Of a stretch of 64,000 nucleotides of DNA, positions 19,507 to 28,065 are shown piece by piece. How positions within the stretch are numbered: the first letter of the stretch is position 1; each line of letters opens with the position of its first letter. Under the pieces are notes generated by a model. That model saw only the letters and a program-made list of their open reading frames with translations. It was not told where the DNA came from and searched no databases. Made by a program: the position numbers and the translations under genes. This DNA is from Fibrobacteria bacterium (GTDB lineage: Bacteria; Fibrobacterota; Fibrobacteria; UBA11236; JADFYW01), in assembly GCA_050294405.1 (NCBI GenBank), contig JBNKOC010000012.1, positions 352,001 to 416,000 of the forward strand, in the 5' to 3' direction.

Positions 19507-20120
19507 TTAAATCCTTTTTTAAAATTGCTATTGTGGTTTTTGGTTCCTTTGGAATCAGTGTGGCCCTTTTTGTATCCATTCCCATTTCCAACTATTTCAA
19601 TCTTAAAAAAGCTGAACTATACGAAAAAGAAGAACTTCCTATTCATGCGGTTCAAAAAAAGGTCAAGCTTCAAAAAAAGAAACCGCCACCGAAAAGAAAT
19701 AGGCCAAAACCAAGCTCAAATAAAAAGTTAAGCAGTACATTAAAACTCAATCGGACTAAGCTTTCCATGGACTTAAGCCATCAGGCGGCAAATGGAATGG
19801 GCATTGGTTCTGCGAATCTTTCTGAGGGTTTAATTGGGGATGAAGGAAGTCAGGGACTGATTTATCCATCTATTATCAGACCGGTTGCTATGCCTAAATA
19901 CCCTGACAAAGCCAGAGATGCTGGCATATCCGGTTTGGTAGTATGTGAAATCGAAGTAGATATATCCGGAAATATTTCCAATTGGGAGATAATAGACAGC
20001 CCTGGCAATTATGGCTTTAGAGAGGAAATTGCCTTAGCCTTAAAAGATTGGAAATTTACTCCTGGGAGTCTTAACGGAATTCCCGTTTCCATGAAAGTGC
20101 GCCAACCTTTCGAATTTTAA
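19503..20120 (+). CDS. tonB: Energy transducer TonB
   Basis: N-terminal TM anchor, Lys/Pro-rich linker, PKYP..A..G.V..WKFTP C-terminal domain. Confidence 0.88.
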   Translation: MIKSFFKIAIVVFGSFGISVALFVSIPISNYFNLKKAELYEKEELPIHAVQKKVKLQKKKPPPKRNRPKPSSNKKLSSTLKLNRTKLSMDLSHQAANGMGIGSANLSEGLIGDEGSQGLIYPSIIRPVAMPKYPDKARDAGISGLVVCEIEVDISGNISNWEIIDSPGNYGFREEIALALKDWKFTPGSLNGIPVSMKVRQPFEF

Positions 20121-20236
20121 GCCACCCTAATTTTTTTCAGCGCTTCAAAGCTTGTTTTTTGAAGGGCTTTTTGCTTTAACTCACTAATTTTTAAGGATTT
20201 ATGCTGGTTAGAACTGCTGTTGGGTCCAACTTTTTT

Positions 20237-20283
20237 GTAACAGTTTTTAACAAAATTTCATTTTCCACACAAAATCCTAACAA
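20237..20283 (+). promoter_or_regulatory. Pho-box-like TAACA repeats upstream of the porin-pst operon
   Basis: GTAACA 20237, TTAACA 20247, CACACA 20266, CTAACA 20277. Confidence 0.45.
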
Positions 20284-20333
20284 TTCATTTTCATTTTGAT
20301 TTCAAAACGATTTAAAACCTTAAAGGAGTTAAA

Positions 20334-21398
20334 ATGAAATTAAAAATTGCTGGTATTTTATCCCTGGCCTTTTTAACCTGGGCTCATTCTAATGAATCCG
20401 TAAAATTAAGCGGTAGCTTGCGCTTTCGCCATGAAGGCATATTTGTGGAGGATAAAGATGGCCGCAATCGCGAAAGAATTCAGGCCAAGCTGGCTGTGGA
20501 AGGAAAAGTGGCAGAGAGCGCCAAAGTAAAAATTGGGTTGGCTTCTGGTTCTGCCGATCCTGTTTCTACTAACCAAACATTGGGCAGTGGTTGGTCCTCA
20601 AAATCCATTTGGTTGGATATTGCTTATTTGACTTATTCACCTAGCTATGCAAAAGGTTTGAGCCTTAGTTTGGGTAAATTGAAAATGCCTTTTCATACAC
20701 CCAGTGGAGCAAAATTGGTTTGGGACGGCGATGTTACGCCCGAAGGCGCTTTGCTTTCCTATGAAAAGGAAGGGGAAGGAAAGTTTTTACCCTTTATTTC
20801 TGTAGGCCATTTTTGGTTATCTGAAATAAAAGACGACTATGATCCTATGTTAATCAGTGCGCAAGCCGGAGCTTCCATAGATATGGGTCCAGTTTCTGCA
20901 GATCTTGGCGCAGGACTCTACAGTTACCAAAATCTTTTAGGTGCTGCAGCCCTTTATGATGGTGATTTTTTTGGTAATTCAGGGGATTCTACAGGATACA
21001 CGGAAGAATATATGCCCATTGAAGTTTACGCAAATCTAAAAACAAAATTTGGAAAATTTCCAGCATCCCTTAGCGGTCATTTTGTAACCAATCCTCTTGT
21101 AGATGAAGATGGAATGGGTTTTATGGCAGGGTTCCAATTGGGAAAAGCCAAAGATCCTCAAAGTTGGAGTTTGGGTTATTCCTATAAAATGCTTCAAAAA
21201 GACGCTGTTTTAGCAGTATTTGCCGATTCTGATTTCGGTGGCGGTGGAACAGATAATATGGGTTCTGTTGTTAGCGCCCAATATGTAATGCTTAAAAACA
21301 CCACCTTAGCCGGAACTTACTTTTTTAACGAATTAGGGGCCGATGGCGGGGATTTGTACCAGAGATTTCAATTAGATATCAAAATGAAGTTTAAATAG
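20334..21398 (+). CDS. Putative outer-membrane porin (phosphate-associated, Porin_5-like)
   Basis: LSGSLRFRHE..R.R, DPVSTNQTL, LVWDGDVTPEG, DSDFGGGGTD, C-terminal RFQLDIKMKF; directly upstream of pstS. Confidence 0.8.
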   Translation: MKLKIAGILSLAFLTWAHSNESVKLSGSLRFRHEGIFVEDKDGRNRERIQAKLAVEGKVAESAKVKIGLASGSADPVSTNQTLGSGWSSKSIWLDIAYLTYSPSYAKGLSLSLGKLKMPFHTPSGAKLVWDGDVTPEGALLSYEKEGEGKFLPFISVGHFWLSEIKDDYDPMLISAQAGASIDMGPVSADLGAGLYSYQNLLGAAALYDGDFFGNSGDSTGYTEEYMPIEVYANLKTKFGKFPASLSGHFVTNPLVDEDGMGFMAGFQLGKAKDPQSWSLGYSYKMLQKDAVLAVFADSDFGGGGTDNMGSVVSAQYVMLKNTTLAGTYFFNELGADGGDLYQRFQLDIKMKFK

Positions 21399-21402
21399 GG
21401 TT

Positions 21403-21424
21403 TTCTAACAATTCTCTAACAATC
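21403..21424 (+). promoter_or_regulatory. Pho-box-like direct repeat upstream of pstS
   Basis: TTCTAACAATT-CTCTAACAATC; CTAACA at 21405 and 21416 (11-bp period). Confidence 0.65.
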
Positions 21425-21461
21425 ACTTTATAACATTAAATTGAAACATAAAGGAGAAAAC

Positions 21462-22322
21462 ATGAATTTAAAAATTAAATCAAGCCTGGTTGCTGTGAGC
21501 CTTATTGCCGGACTTTCTTTTGCTGGAAATCAATCCATCAGTATCAAAGGCTCAGACACTATGGTTCACTTGGTTAGCACCTGGGCTGAAAAATATATGG
21601 CTTCCCATAAAGATGTGGAAATATCTGTTACAGGCGGCGGATCTGGAACAGGGATTGCCGCATTGTTGAATGGAACCACAGATATTTGCGCAGCATCCAG
21701 AAAAATTAAAGGAAAAGAATTAAAGCTGGCTGAAAAGAAAAACATCACCCCAGTGGAGCATATTGTCGGTAAAGATGGTATCGCTGTTGTTGTAAACCCT
21801 AAAAATCCAGTTTCTGAATTGGAAATAGAGCAAATTGGAAAAATTTACAGAGGGGAAATCACCAATTGGAAACAAGTTGGCGGACCAGATAAGGCTATTG
21901 TGGTTCTTTCCAGAGAGTCCAGTTCAGGAACCTATGTATTCTTTCAGGAACATGTGTTAATGAAAAAAGATTACACTCCTAAAGCCAGGTTAATGCCCGC
22001 TACTTCAGCAATTGTTCAAGCTGTCTCCACAGACCCCTATTCAATAGGCTATGTTGGACTTGGCTACGCTGAAAAAGCAGCAGATAAAATTAAAGCCCTC
22101 AAAGTAAAAGCCGATGCCAATTCTCCAGCAGTTGCTCCTTCTGTTGCCACTGTTGTTGATGGAAGTTATTCCATTAGCCGTGCATTGCAACTTTACACCA
22201 ATGGCGAGCCCAAAGGAGCTGTTAAAAGCTTTATGGAATATGCCAAGGCGGCTGAAGGACAAAAGGTTGTGGAAGAAACAGGCTATGTTCCTTTAATTAA
22301 AGAAGAAGTTTCTAAAAAATAA
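21462..22322 (+). CDS. pstS: Phosphate ABC transporter substrate-binding protein
   Basis: KGSDTM, GGGSGTG, ASR, RESSSGT, IGYVGLGY, YSISR motifs. Confidence 0.95.
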   Translation: MNLKIKSSLVAVSLIAGLSFAGNQSISIKGSDTMVHLVSTWAEKYMASHKDVEISVTGGGSGTGIAALLNGTTDICAASRKIKGKELKLAEKKNITPVEHIVGKDGIAVVVNPKNPVSELEIEQIGKIYRGEITNWKQVGGPDKAIVVLSRESSSGTYVFFQEHVLMKKDYTPKARLMPATSAIVQAVSTDPYSIGYVGLGYAEKAADKIKALKVKADANSPAVAPSVATVVDGSYSISRALQLYTNGEPKGAVKSFMEYAKAAEGQKVVEETGYVPLIKEEVSKK

Positions 22323-22324
22323 CT

Positions 22325-23197
22325 ATGAAGCTTCGGGAAAAAATTGTTAAGTACCTGCTGGCCAGTGCGGCCAGCAGCAGTATTTTAATTGTCGTAATGA
22401 TTTTTTTGTTTTTAGCAAAAGAATCATTAACATTTATAGAAGAACCTGGAATTCTCGCCCTGTTCAATTCCAAATGGAATCCGGTTTCCTTTTTTAACGA
22501 ATCCTTTGGCATATACCCTCTTATTACCGGAACTTTAGTTGTTACTTTTTTCGCCACCATAATTGCAGTACCCTTCGGTGTTATTCTTGCCGTATATATG
22601 GCCGAAGTAGCCAACCCAAAAGAATCTGCTTTGCTAAAACCCTTTGTTGAGCTCCTGGCTGGTTTGCCGTCCGTGGTGCTGGGTTTTTTTGGATTGGTCG
22701 TAGTTGCTCCATTTATAAAAGAGCTTTTTAACCTGGGATCGGGTTTAAATGCCCTCACTGGAGCGGTTTTATTGGCTATGATGGCAGTACCAACTATAAC
22801 ATCTATTTCTGAAGATGCATTAAGAAGCGTGCCGGCCAGCTACAAACAAGCTTCTTTAGCGTTAGGGGCCTCAAAACTGCAAACGGTTTGGAAGGTTATT
22901 GTTCCCGCTGCTATGTCGGGTATCATCGCATCTATTATGTTAGGGATGGGACGTGTTATTGGTGAGACTATGGCTGTGCTAATGGTTACAGGAAATGCTC
23001 CACTTTTAACACTGAACCCCCTTGAGTCTGTTCGAACTATGACGGCCACTATTGCCGGAGAAATGGGCGAGGTTTCCCATGGTGACTCCCATTATTCCGC
23101 TTTGTTTTGGGTAGGCTTGGTGCTTTTGCTATTTACCTTTATTTTGGTATACATCAGTCATAGAGTCCTTAAAAAATACGAGTTGAAGCAACAATGA
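22325..23197 (+). CDS. pstC: Phosphate ABC transporter permease
   Basis: ELLAGLPSVVLG, ALGASK, GRVIGETMAV. Confidence 0.95.
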   Translation: MKLREKIVKYLLASAASSSILIVVMIFLFLAKESLTFIEEPGILALFNSKWNPVSFFNESFGIYPLITGTLVVTFFATIIAVPFGVILAVYMAEVANPKESALLKPFVELLAGLPSVVLGFFGLVVVAPFIKELFNLGSGLNALTGAVLLAMMAVPTITSISEDALRSVPASYKQASLALGASKLQTVWKVIVPAAMSGIIASIMLGMGRVIGETMAVLMVTGNAPLLTLNPLESVRTMTATIAGEMGEVSHGDSHYSALFWVGLVLLLFTFILVYISHRVLKKYELKQQ

Positions 23198-24042
23198 AGT
23201 CAAATGCTGATTTAGTTTGGATATGGGGCATGCGCCTTATCTCTTACTCTGTAGTAATTGTAATTGCTTACATATTAATCGACATTGTCTGGCATGGATT
23301 TCCTGTTTTATCCTGGGAGTTTTTAACAGATTTTCCCAGACAAAGCGGCGCGGAAGGCGGAATTTTACCCGCCATTGTGGGAACCCTTTTGTTAGTAATG
23401 GGAACCATATTTTTCGCCCTTCCTCTCGGAATGGCTGCCGCTATTTTTTTAACAGAATATGCCAAACCTGGCAAGGCCAATGACTTTTTGCGTCTGGCCA
23501 TTGTTACATTAGCTGGCATTCCTTCTATCGTTTATGGCTTATTTGGATTAGGCCTCTTTGTTTTATTTTTAAATATGGGAGCCTCTTTGATAGCGGGCAG
23601 TCTTACCCTGGCCTGCATGGTGCTTCCAACCATTATTGTGACCAGTGAAGAGGCTCTTAAGGCGGTGCCAAAAAGTTTGAGAGAGGGGAGCCTTGCTCTT
23701 GGGGCTACCAAATGGCAGACCATATCCAGAAATGTATTGCCCTATGCGACTCCCGGGATGTTAACAGGTTCCATTTTAGCCATTGGCAGGGCAGCAGGAG
23801 AAACAGCTCCCATTCTATTGACCGCAGCGGCTTTTTTCCTCCCAAAATTACCCAACTCCATTTTTGATCAAGTTATGGCTTTGCCCTATCATTTATATGT
23901 ATTGGCAACTCAACATCCTGATTTGGAAAAGGTAAGGCCACTTCAATACGGCACAGCTCTGGTTTTGTTATTATTAGTTCTTGGAGTAAATTCCTTGGCT
24001 ATTTATTTGCGATTAGTGATTCGCAAGAAATTTCGGTGGTAA
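23194..24042 (+). CDS. pstA: Phosphate ABC transporter permease
   Basis: LAGIPSIVYGLFG, ALGATKWQ, RAAGETAP. Confidence 0.95.
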   Translation: MKSNADLVWIWGMRLISYSVVIVIAYILIDIVWHGFPVLSWEFLTDFPRQSGAEGGILPAIVGTLLLVMGTIFFALPLGMAAAIFLTEYAKPGKANDFLRLAIVTLAGIPSIVYGLFGLGLFVLFLNMGASLIAGSLTLACMVLPTIIVTSEEALKAVPKSLREGSLALGATKWQTISRNVLPYATPGMLTGSILAIGRAAGETAPILLTAAAFFLPKLPNSIFDQVMALPYHLYVLATQHPDLEKVRPLQYGTALVLLLLVLGVNSLAIYLRLVIRKKFRW

Positions 24043-24045
24043 TTC

Positions 24046-24813
24046 ATGAATTCTGAAAGCTCTAAAATTAGTGTCAGCAATCTAAACTTCTATTACAATA
24101 CAGACAGCCAAGCTTTGTTTAATATAAACATGGACGTGGCCGCCAATAAAGTTCTGGCCTTAATTGGGCCATCTGGTTGCGGTAAATCAACATTTTTGCG
24201 GACGTTAAATCGCATGAATGATATTATTGACAATACACGGGTTGAAGGTCAGATTAAATTAGATGGCGTTGATATTTATTCTCAAATGAAAAATGTAGTG
24301 GATTTAAGGAAAAAAGTGGGCATGGTCTTCCAAAAATCTAATCCTTTTCCCAAATCCATATTTGATAACATCGCCTATGGCCCCAGAATTCATGGCATAA
24401 AAAGCAAAACAGATTTGGAAGGTATTGTAGAGCAGAGTTTAAAAAAAGCTTCTCTATGGGATGAAGTTCAGGACAGAATACATCAAAATGCCTTTAGCCT
24501 TTCCGGCGGACAGCAGCAAAGGTTATGCATAGCCAGAACTTTAGCCATTAATCCTGAAGTAGTGCTTATGGATGAACCTACCAGTGCCTTAGACCCTCGC
24601 TCTACGGCGCGTATTGAAGATTTAATTCGGGATTTATCCCAGGATTACACTATTGTTATTGTGACCCATAACATGCAACAGGCCGCCCGGGTATCGGACT
24701 CCACGGCCTTTTTCTATGAAGGAGAGTTGATAGAGTTTGGGGAAACCCAAAGCCTATTTACTAATCCGGAAAAAAAACAAACAGAAGATTACATTACAGG
24801 ACGGTTTGGCTAG
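24046..24813 (+). CDS. pstB: Phosphate ABC transporter ATPase
   Basis: [44 protein letters not shown]. Confidence 0.97.
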   Translation: MNSESSKISVSNLNFYYNTDSQALFNINMDVAANKVLALIGPSGCGKSTFLRTLNRMNDIIDNTRVEGQIKLDGVDIYSQMKNVVDLRKKVGMVFQKSNPFPKSIFDNIAYGPRIHGIKSKTDLEGIVEQSLKKASLWDEVQDRIHQNAFSLSGGQQQRLCIARTLAINPEVVLMDEPTSALDPRSTARIEDLIRDLSQDYTIVIVTHNMQQAARVSDSTAFFYEGELIEFGETQSLFTNPEKKQTEDYITGRFG

Positions 24814-24825
24814 GAGGCCTTAGAA

Positions 24826-25491
24826 ATGAGTGTTCATTTGCAAAGGGATATTCAAGATTTAAAAATTAACCTTGTTTCAATTTGTACAAGTGTGGAAGAA
24901 AACCTCACTCGGGCTATAACCAGCCTGGAAAATAAAAATGAGAAAGAAGCCGCTAAGGTTGTAGAGGTGGAAAAAAAAATAGACTCCATGGAAATTGAAA
25001 TCGAAGAAGAATGCCTCAAAATTTTGGCTTTGCACCAGCCTGTAGCCAGCGATTTGCGCTTTGTAATATCAGCCTTAAAGATTAACAATGATTTGGAAAG
25101 AATCGGAGATATGGCTTTGCACATAGTAGAGAGGTTTTTATCCCTGGACTCTCAGGTGGCAAATCCGAAATTCCCAAAGCTCATTCAAATAGCCGAAGAG
25201 GTTCGGCAGATGCTTCGCACCAGTTTGGATTCTTTGATATATATGGACGTTAACATGGCAAAAACTGTTTGGGAGCAGGATAAAAGAGTAGACGCCTTTC
25301 ACGATGACTTTTTTAAGGAAATGAAGCGGGAGATTAAAGATTCTCCTGATTATGTGAACACCTGGATGAACCTTTTATTTATTTCCAAGCAGTTAGAACG
25401 CATTGGCGATCATGCTACCAATATTGCCGAAGATGTTATTTATCTAATTGAAGGTAATATCGTTCGCCACGGTGGGTTAGAAAAAAAATAA
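24826..25491 (+). CDS. phoU: Phosphate signalling complex protein PhoU
   Basis: QPVASDLR, DLERIGD, LERIGDHATNIAE. Confidence 0.96.
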   Translation: MSVHLQRDIQDLKINLVSICTSVEENLTRAITSLENKNEKEAAKVVEVEKKIDSMEIEIEEECLKILALHQPVASDLRFVISALKINNDLERIGDMALHIVERFLSLDSQVANPKFPKLIQIAEEVRQMLRTSLDSLIYMDVNMAKTVWEQDKRVDAFHDDFFKEMKREIKDSPDYVNTWMNLLFISKQLERIGDHATNIAEDVIYLIEGNIVRHGGLEKK

Positions 25492-25496
25492 TTTTT

Positions 25497-27155
25497 TCAA
25501 CTGACCTTTCCAATTCCCAATCGTTTCGCCGTTTGGTACAGGTTGGAGCGATGAAGCCCTAAATCTTTTGCAGCAAGTGACCAGTTCCCATTTCTTTTTT
25601 GAACTCGGTTGAGAATTAAATCTCTTTTTAGTTTATCACAAGCTTGGTTTAAGGGCAGGTTTAAATAAACATTCAAAGATTGTTTGTTATAAGAGGAAAT
25701 AGGATTTGATACTTGTATATCTTCTTCTGCTTTCTCCGGCTCTTCCTGCTCGAAACTTTCTGAATCATATTGGTTGTGATTTAAACTAATAATGTCTAAA
25801 TCTCCTGGAGTCAATTCTAAAGGTTTATTTTTTTCTTGTTGTTTTAGGGATGCTTTAAGGATACCTCTGGATATTATGTTCCCTAATTCCCTAATATTTC
25901 CGGGCCAATTATATTCTAATAATAGCTTCCTGGTCTGAGTTGACATTCTCAATGCGCTTAAACCAAATTGAATTCTAAATTTATCTGTAAAGTAGGCCGC
26001 TAGCAGCAAAATATCTTTTCCTCTTTGCCGTAATGGAGGCACATAAAGTGGATAAACATGCAGGCGGTGGTATAAGTCTGAACGAAATTTTCCTTTGGCT
26101 ACTTCGCTTTCCAAATCCCTATTGGTTGCAGCAATTATGCGAACATTAACTTTAAGGGTTTTGTCGCTGCCAACCCTTTGAATTTCTCCTTCCTGGAGTA
26201 CCCGAAGTAATTTGCTTTGCACGCTATGTGGAAGTTCTCCCACTTCATCCAGGAATAAAGTTCCGCCATCTGCTATTTCAAATTTTCCGGACCTAGGTCC
26301 TTCTGAACCGGTAAATGCCCCTTTGGAGTGTCCAAATAACTCGCTTTCCGCAATAGTTTCTGGTAGGGCGGCGCAATTCACATATATCATGGCTTGTTCC
26401 GAACGCTTGGATGACTGATGTATGCTTCTTGCGACTCGCTCTTTTCCTACTCCTGTTTCTCCCAATATTAACACAGCTAGATCTGTTTTACTTACTAATT
26501 CAATTTCCTGCTTTAACTTTTGTATTACGCTGGAGGTTCCTATAATGTTTCCTCCCTCCCTGTCTTGGGCATCTTTCATTAAATCTTGAACTAATTTTCC
26601 TTGTTTTTCTGCCTGCTGCTGAACCGTATCCAAAAGTGTGCGGGATTGTAATAGCAAACTGGCGAGAGCGCCGACCATTGAAAGTTCATCCTGATCTAAA
26701 TAATCAAATTGATGAGGTTCTAGGGAATCTGCGGTAAGAACCCCTATTAATTCGTTTTTTGTCCTAAGTGGAATTCCCATACATGCGTGAATGCGGCTAT
26801 GAGTTGAGTTCGTATCAAAAAGGAAACCATCAAATGGATCAGGCAAATTAGATTCAGGAGGGAATTGAATGGTTCCCTCTGATTCACTTATTAGTTGCAA
26901 ACGAGGGTGCTTTTTAATGGTGTATTTTCTAATACTTGCCTCTTCAGAAAGGCCAATTGTAGCTTGAGGAACTAATTGGCCCTCTTCCATTTTGAAGAAT
27001 ACTGAAGCTTCAAAAGGTATGATGCTACGCAAAGTCTCCAAAAACCTTAAATAGGGATTAGGCGCGGTTAAGTAGAAGCTGAGATCTTGAGTCATTTTTA
27101 GTAATGAGTTTAATTTTCCAATGACTCCCGCTTCTGGATGTTCTGAGGTTTTCAT
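25497..27155 (-). CDS. norR: NO-responsive sigma54 enhancer-binding protein NorR
   Basis: GAF domain with the NorR iron-site pattern HPRL, LPDPFDG, HACMG, LTADS; AAA+ GETGVGKE and GAFTGS; C-terminal HTH; start set at MKTSEH. Confidence 0.9.
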   Translation of the reverse strand: MKTSEHPEAGVIGKLNSLLKMTQDLSFYLTAPNPYLRFLETLRSIIPFEASVFFKMEEGQLVPQATIGLSEEASIRKYTIKKHPRLQLISESEGTIQFPPESNLPDPFDGFLFDTNSTHSRIHACMGIPLRTKNELIGVLTADSLEPHQFDYLDQDELSMVGALASLLLQSRTLLDTVQQQAEKQGKLVQDLMKDAQDREGGNIIGTSSVIQKLKQEIELVSKTDLAVLILGETGVGKERVARSIHQSSKRSEQAMIYVNCAALPETIAESELFGHSKGAFTGSEGPRSGKFEIADGGTLFLDEVGELPHSVQSKLLRVLQEGEIQRVGSDKTLKVNVRIIAATNRDLESEVAKGKFRSDLYHRLHVYPLYVPPLRQRGKDILLLAAYFTDKFRIQFGLSALRMSTQTRKLLLEYNWPGNIRELGNIISRGILKASLKQQEKNKPLELTPGDLDIISLNHNQYDSESFEQEEPEKAEEDIQVSNPISSYNKQSLNVYLNLPLNQACDKLKRDLILNRVQKRNGNWSLAAKDLGLHRSNLYQTAKRLGIGKVS

Positions 27156-27167
27156 AGACGTCCGTTG

Positions 27168-27226
27168 GTTATGCTTATAATAACATGTTATGAAAATAAT
27201 ACGAATCGTGTTATGAAATTCATAAG
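27168..27226. promoter_or_regulatory. Three tandem GTTAT-N7-ATAAC-like palindromes (candidate activator sites)
   Basis: GTTATGCTTATAATAAC 27168, GTTATGAAAATAATACG 27187, GTTATGAAATTCATAAG 27210. Confidence 0.55.
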
Positions 27227-27285
27227 ACATTTTGTCAAAGTCCTTATGAAACCCCGTTTTTAAGCAAATTTCGGCATTTTTTTAC

Positions 27286-27300
27286 TGGCATATCCTTTGC
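27286..27300 (+). promoter_or_regulatory. sigma54 promoter of the nor-nir operon
   Basis: TGGCAT-ATCCT-TTGC, 30 bp before the norC start, divergent from norR. Confidence 0.85.
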
Positions 27301-27330
27301 CTTAATAGAAGGTAAGATTAAGGAGGACTA

Positions 27331-28065
27331 ATGCTAAGTAAATCTCAGGCAAGGATCTTTTTTTTAGGTGGGACCATAGTTTTTGGCGGAATTTTTTTGG
27401 CACTAACATATGACTCCATGAAGCAGGTACCCAAACAAACCAAAGATCAGAACCTTACAGAAAATGTTGTAAAAGGAAAAGAATTGTGGGAAAAGAATAA
27501 TTGTATGGGCTGCCATACATTATTTGGAGAAGGCGCATATTATGCTCCTGAACTGACTCAAGTCGTGAAGCGAAGGGGGGAAGCCTGGATAAAGGCGTTT
27601 TTAAAAGATCCTCAGGCCATGTTTCCTGGGGAAAGAAAAATGGTTCAATATAATTTCACTGATTCTGAAATTAATAGCATATTCGAATTCTTAAATTGGT
27701 GCGGAGGCGTGGATTTAAATGGTTTTCCTGCTGACCCGCCTTTAAAGGAAAAAATGGGGTCTAAAAATGCAGTGGCGGCTACTGCCTCCAGCTCCGGGTT
27801 TAAATCCGAGCCGCCAGCTGTATTTTCTCAGATATGTATAGCATGTCACAGTATTAACGGTAGTGGAGGGGTAGTTGGTCCGGCTCTGGACCAAGTGGAT
27901 CAAAAATACAGCGAACAAGAATTAAAGGCCTGGCTTACCGACCCAAATGCCGTAAAACCAGGCACAAAAATGCCAAAATTACCGTTAACAACACAGCAAA
28001 TAGAAAGTTTAACATCGTTTCTGCTTAAACAGGAATCAAAAAATGCTTTGGAAGGAGATATGTAA
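27331..28065 (+). CDS. norC: Nitric oxide reductase cytochrome c subunit with an extra C-terminal cytochrome c domain
   Basis: N-terminal TM, CMGCHTLFGEGAYYAPEL..RKM; Ala/Ser linker; second heme motif CIACH..GPAL..KMP. Confidence 0.9.
   Translation: MLSKSQARIFFLGGTIVFGGIFLALTYDSMKQVPKQTKDQNLTENVVKGKELWEKNNCMGCHTLFGEGAYYAPELTQVVKRRGEAWIKAFLKDPQAMFPGERKMVQYNFTDSEINSIFEFLNWCGGVDLNGFPADPPLKEKMGSKNAVAATASSSGFKSEPPAVFSQICIACHSINGSGGVVGPALDQVDQKYSEQELKAWLTDPNAVKPGTKMPKLPLTTQQIESLTSFLLKQESKNALEGDM

Noticed and set aside
27156..27230. N-terminal extension of NorR in the ORF track (start 27230)
   Set aside because: The extension overlaps the palindromic regulatory sites and does not look like NorR sequence; a start at or downstream of 27155 is more plausible.
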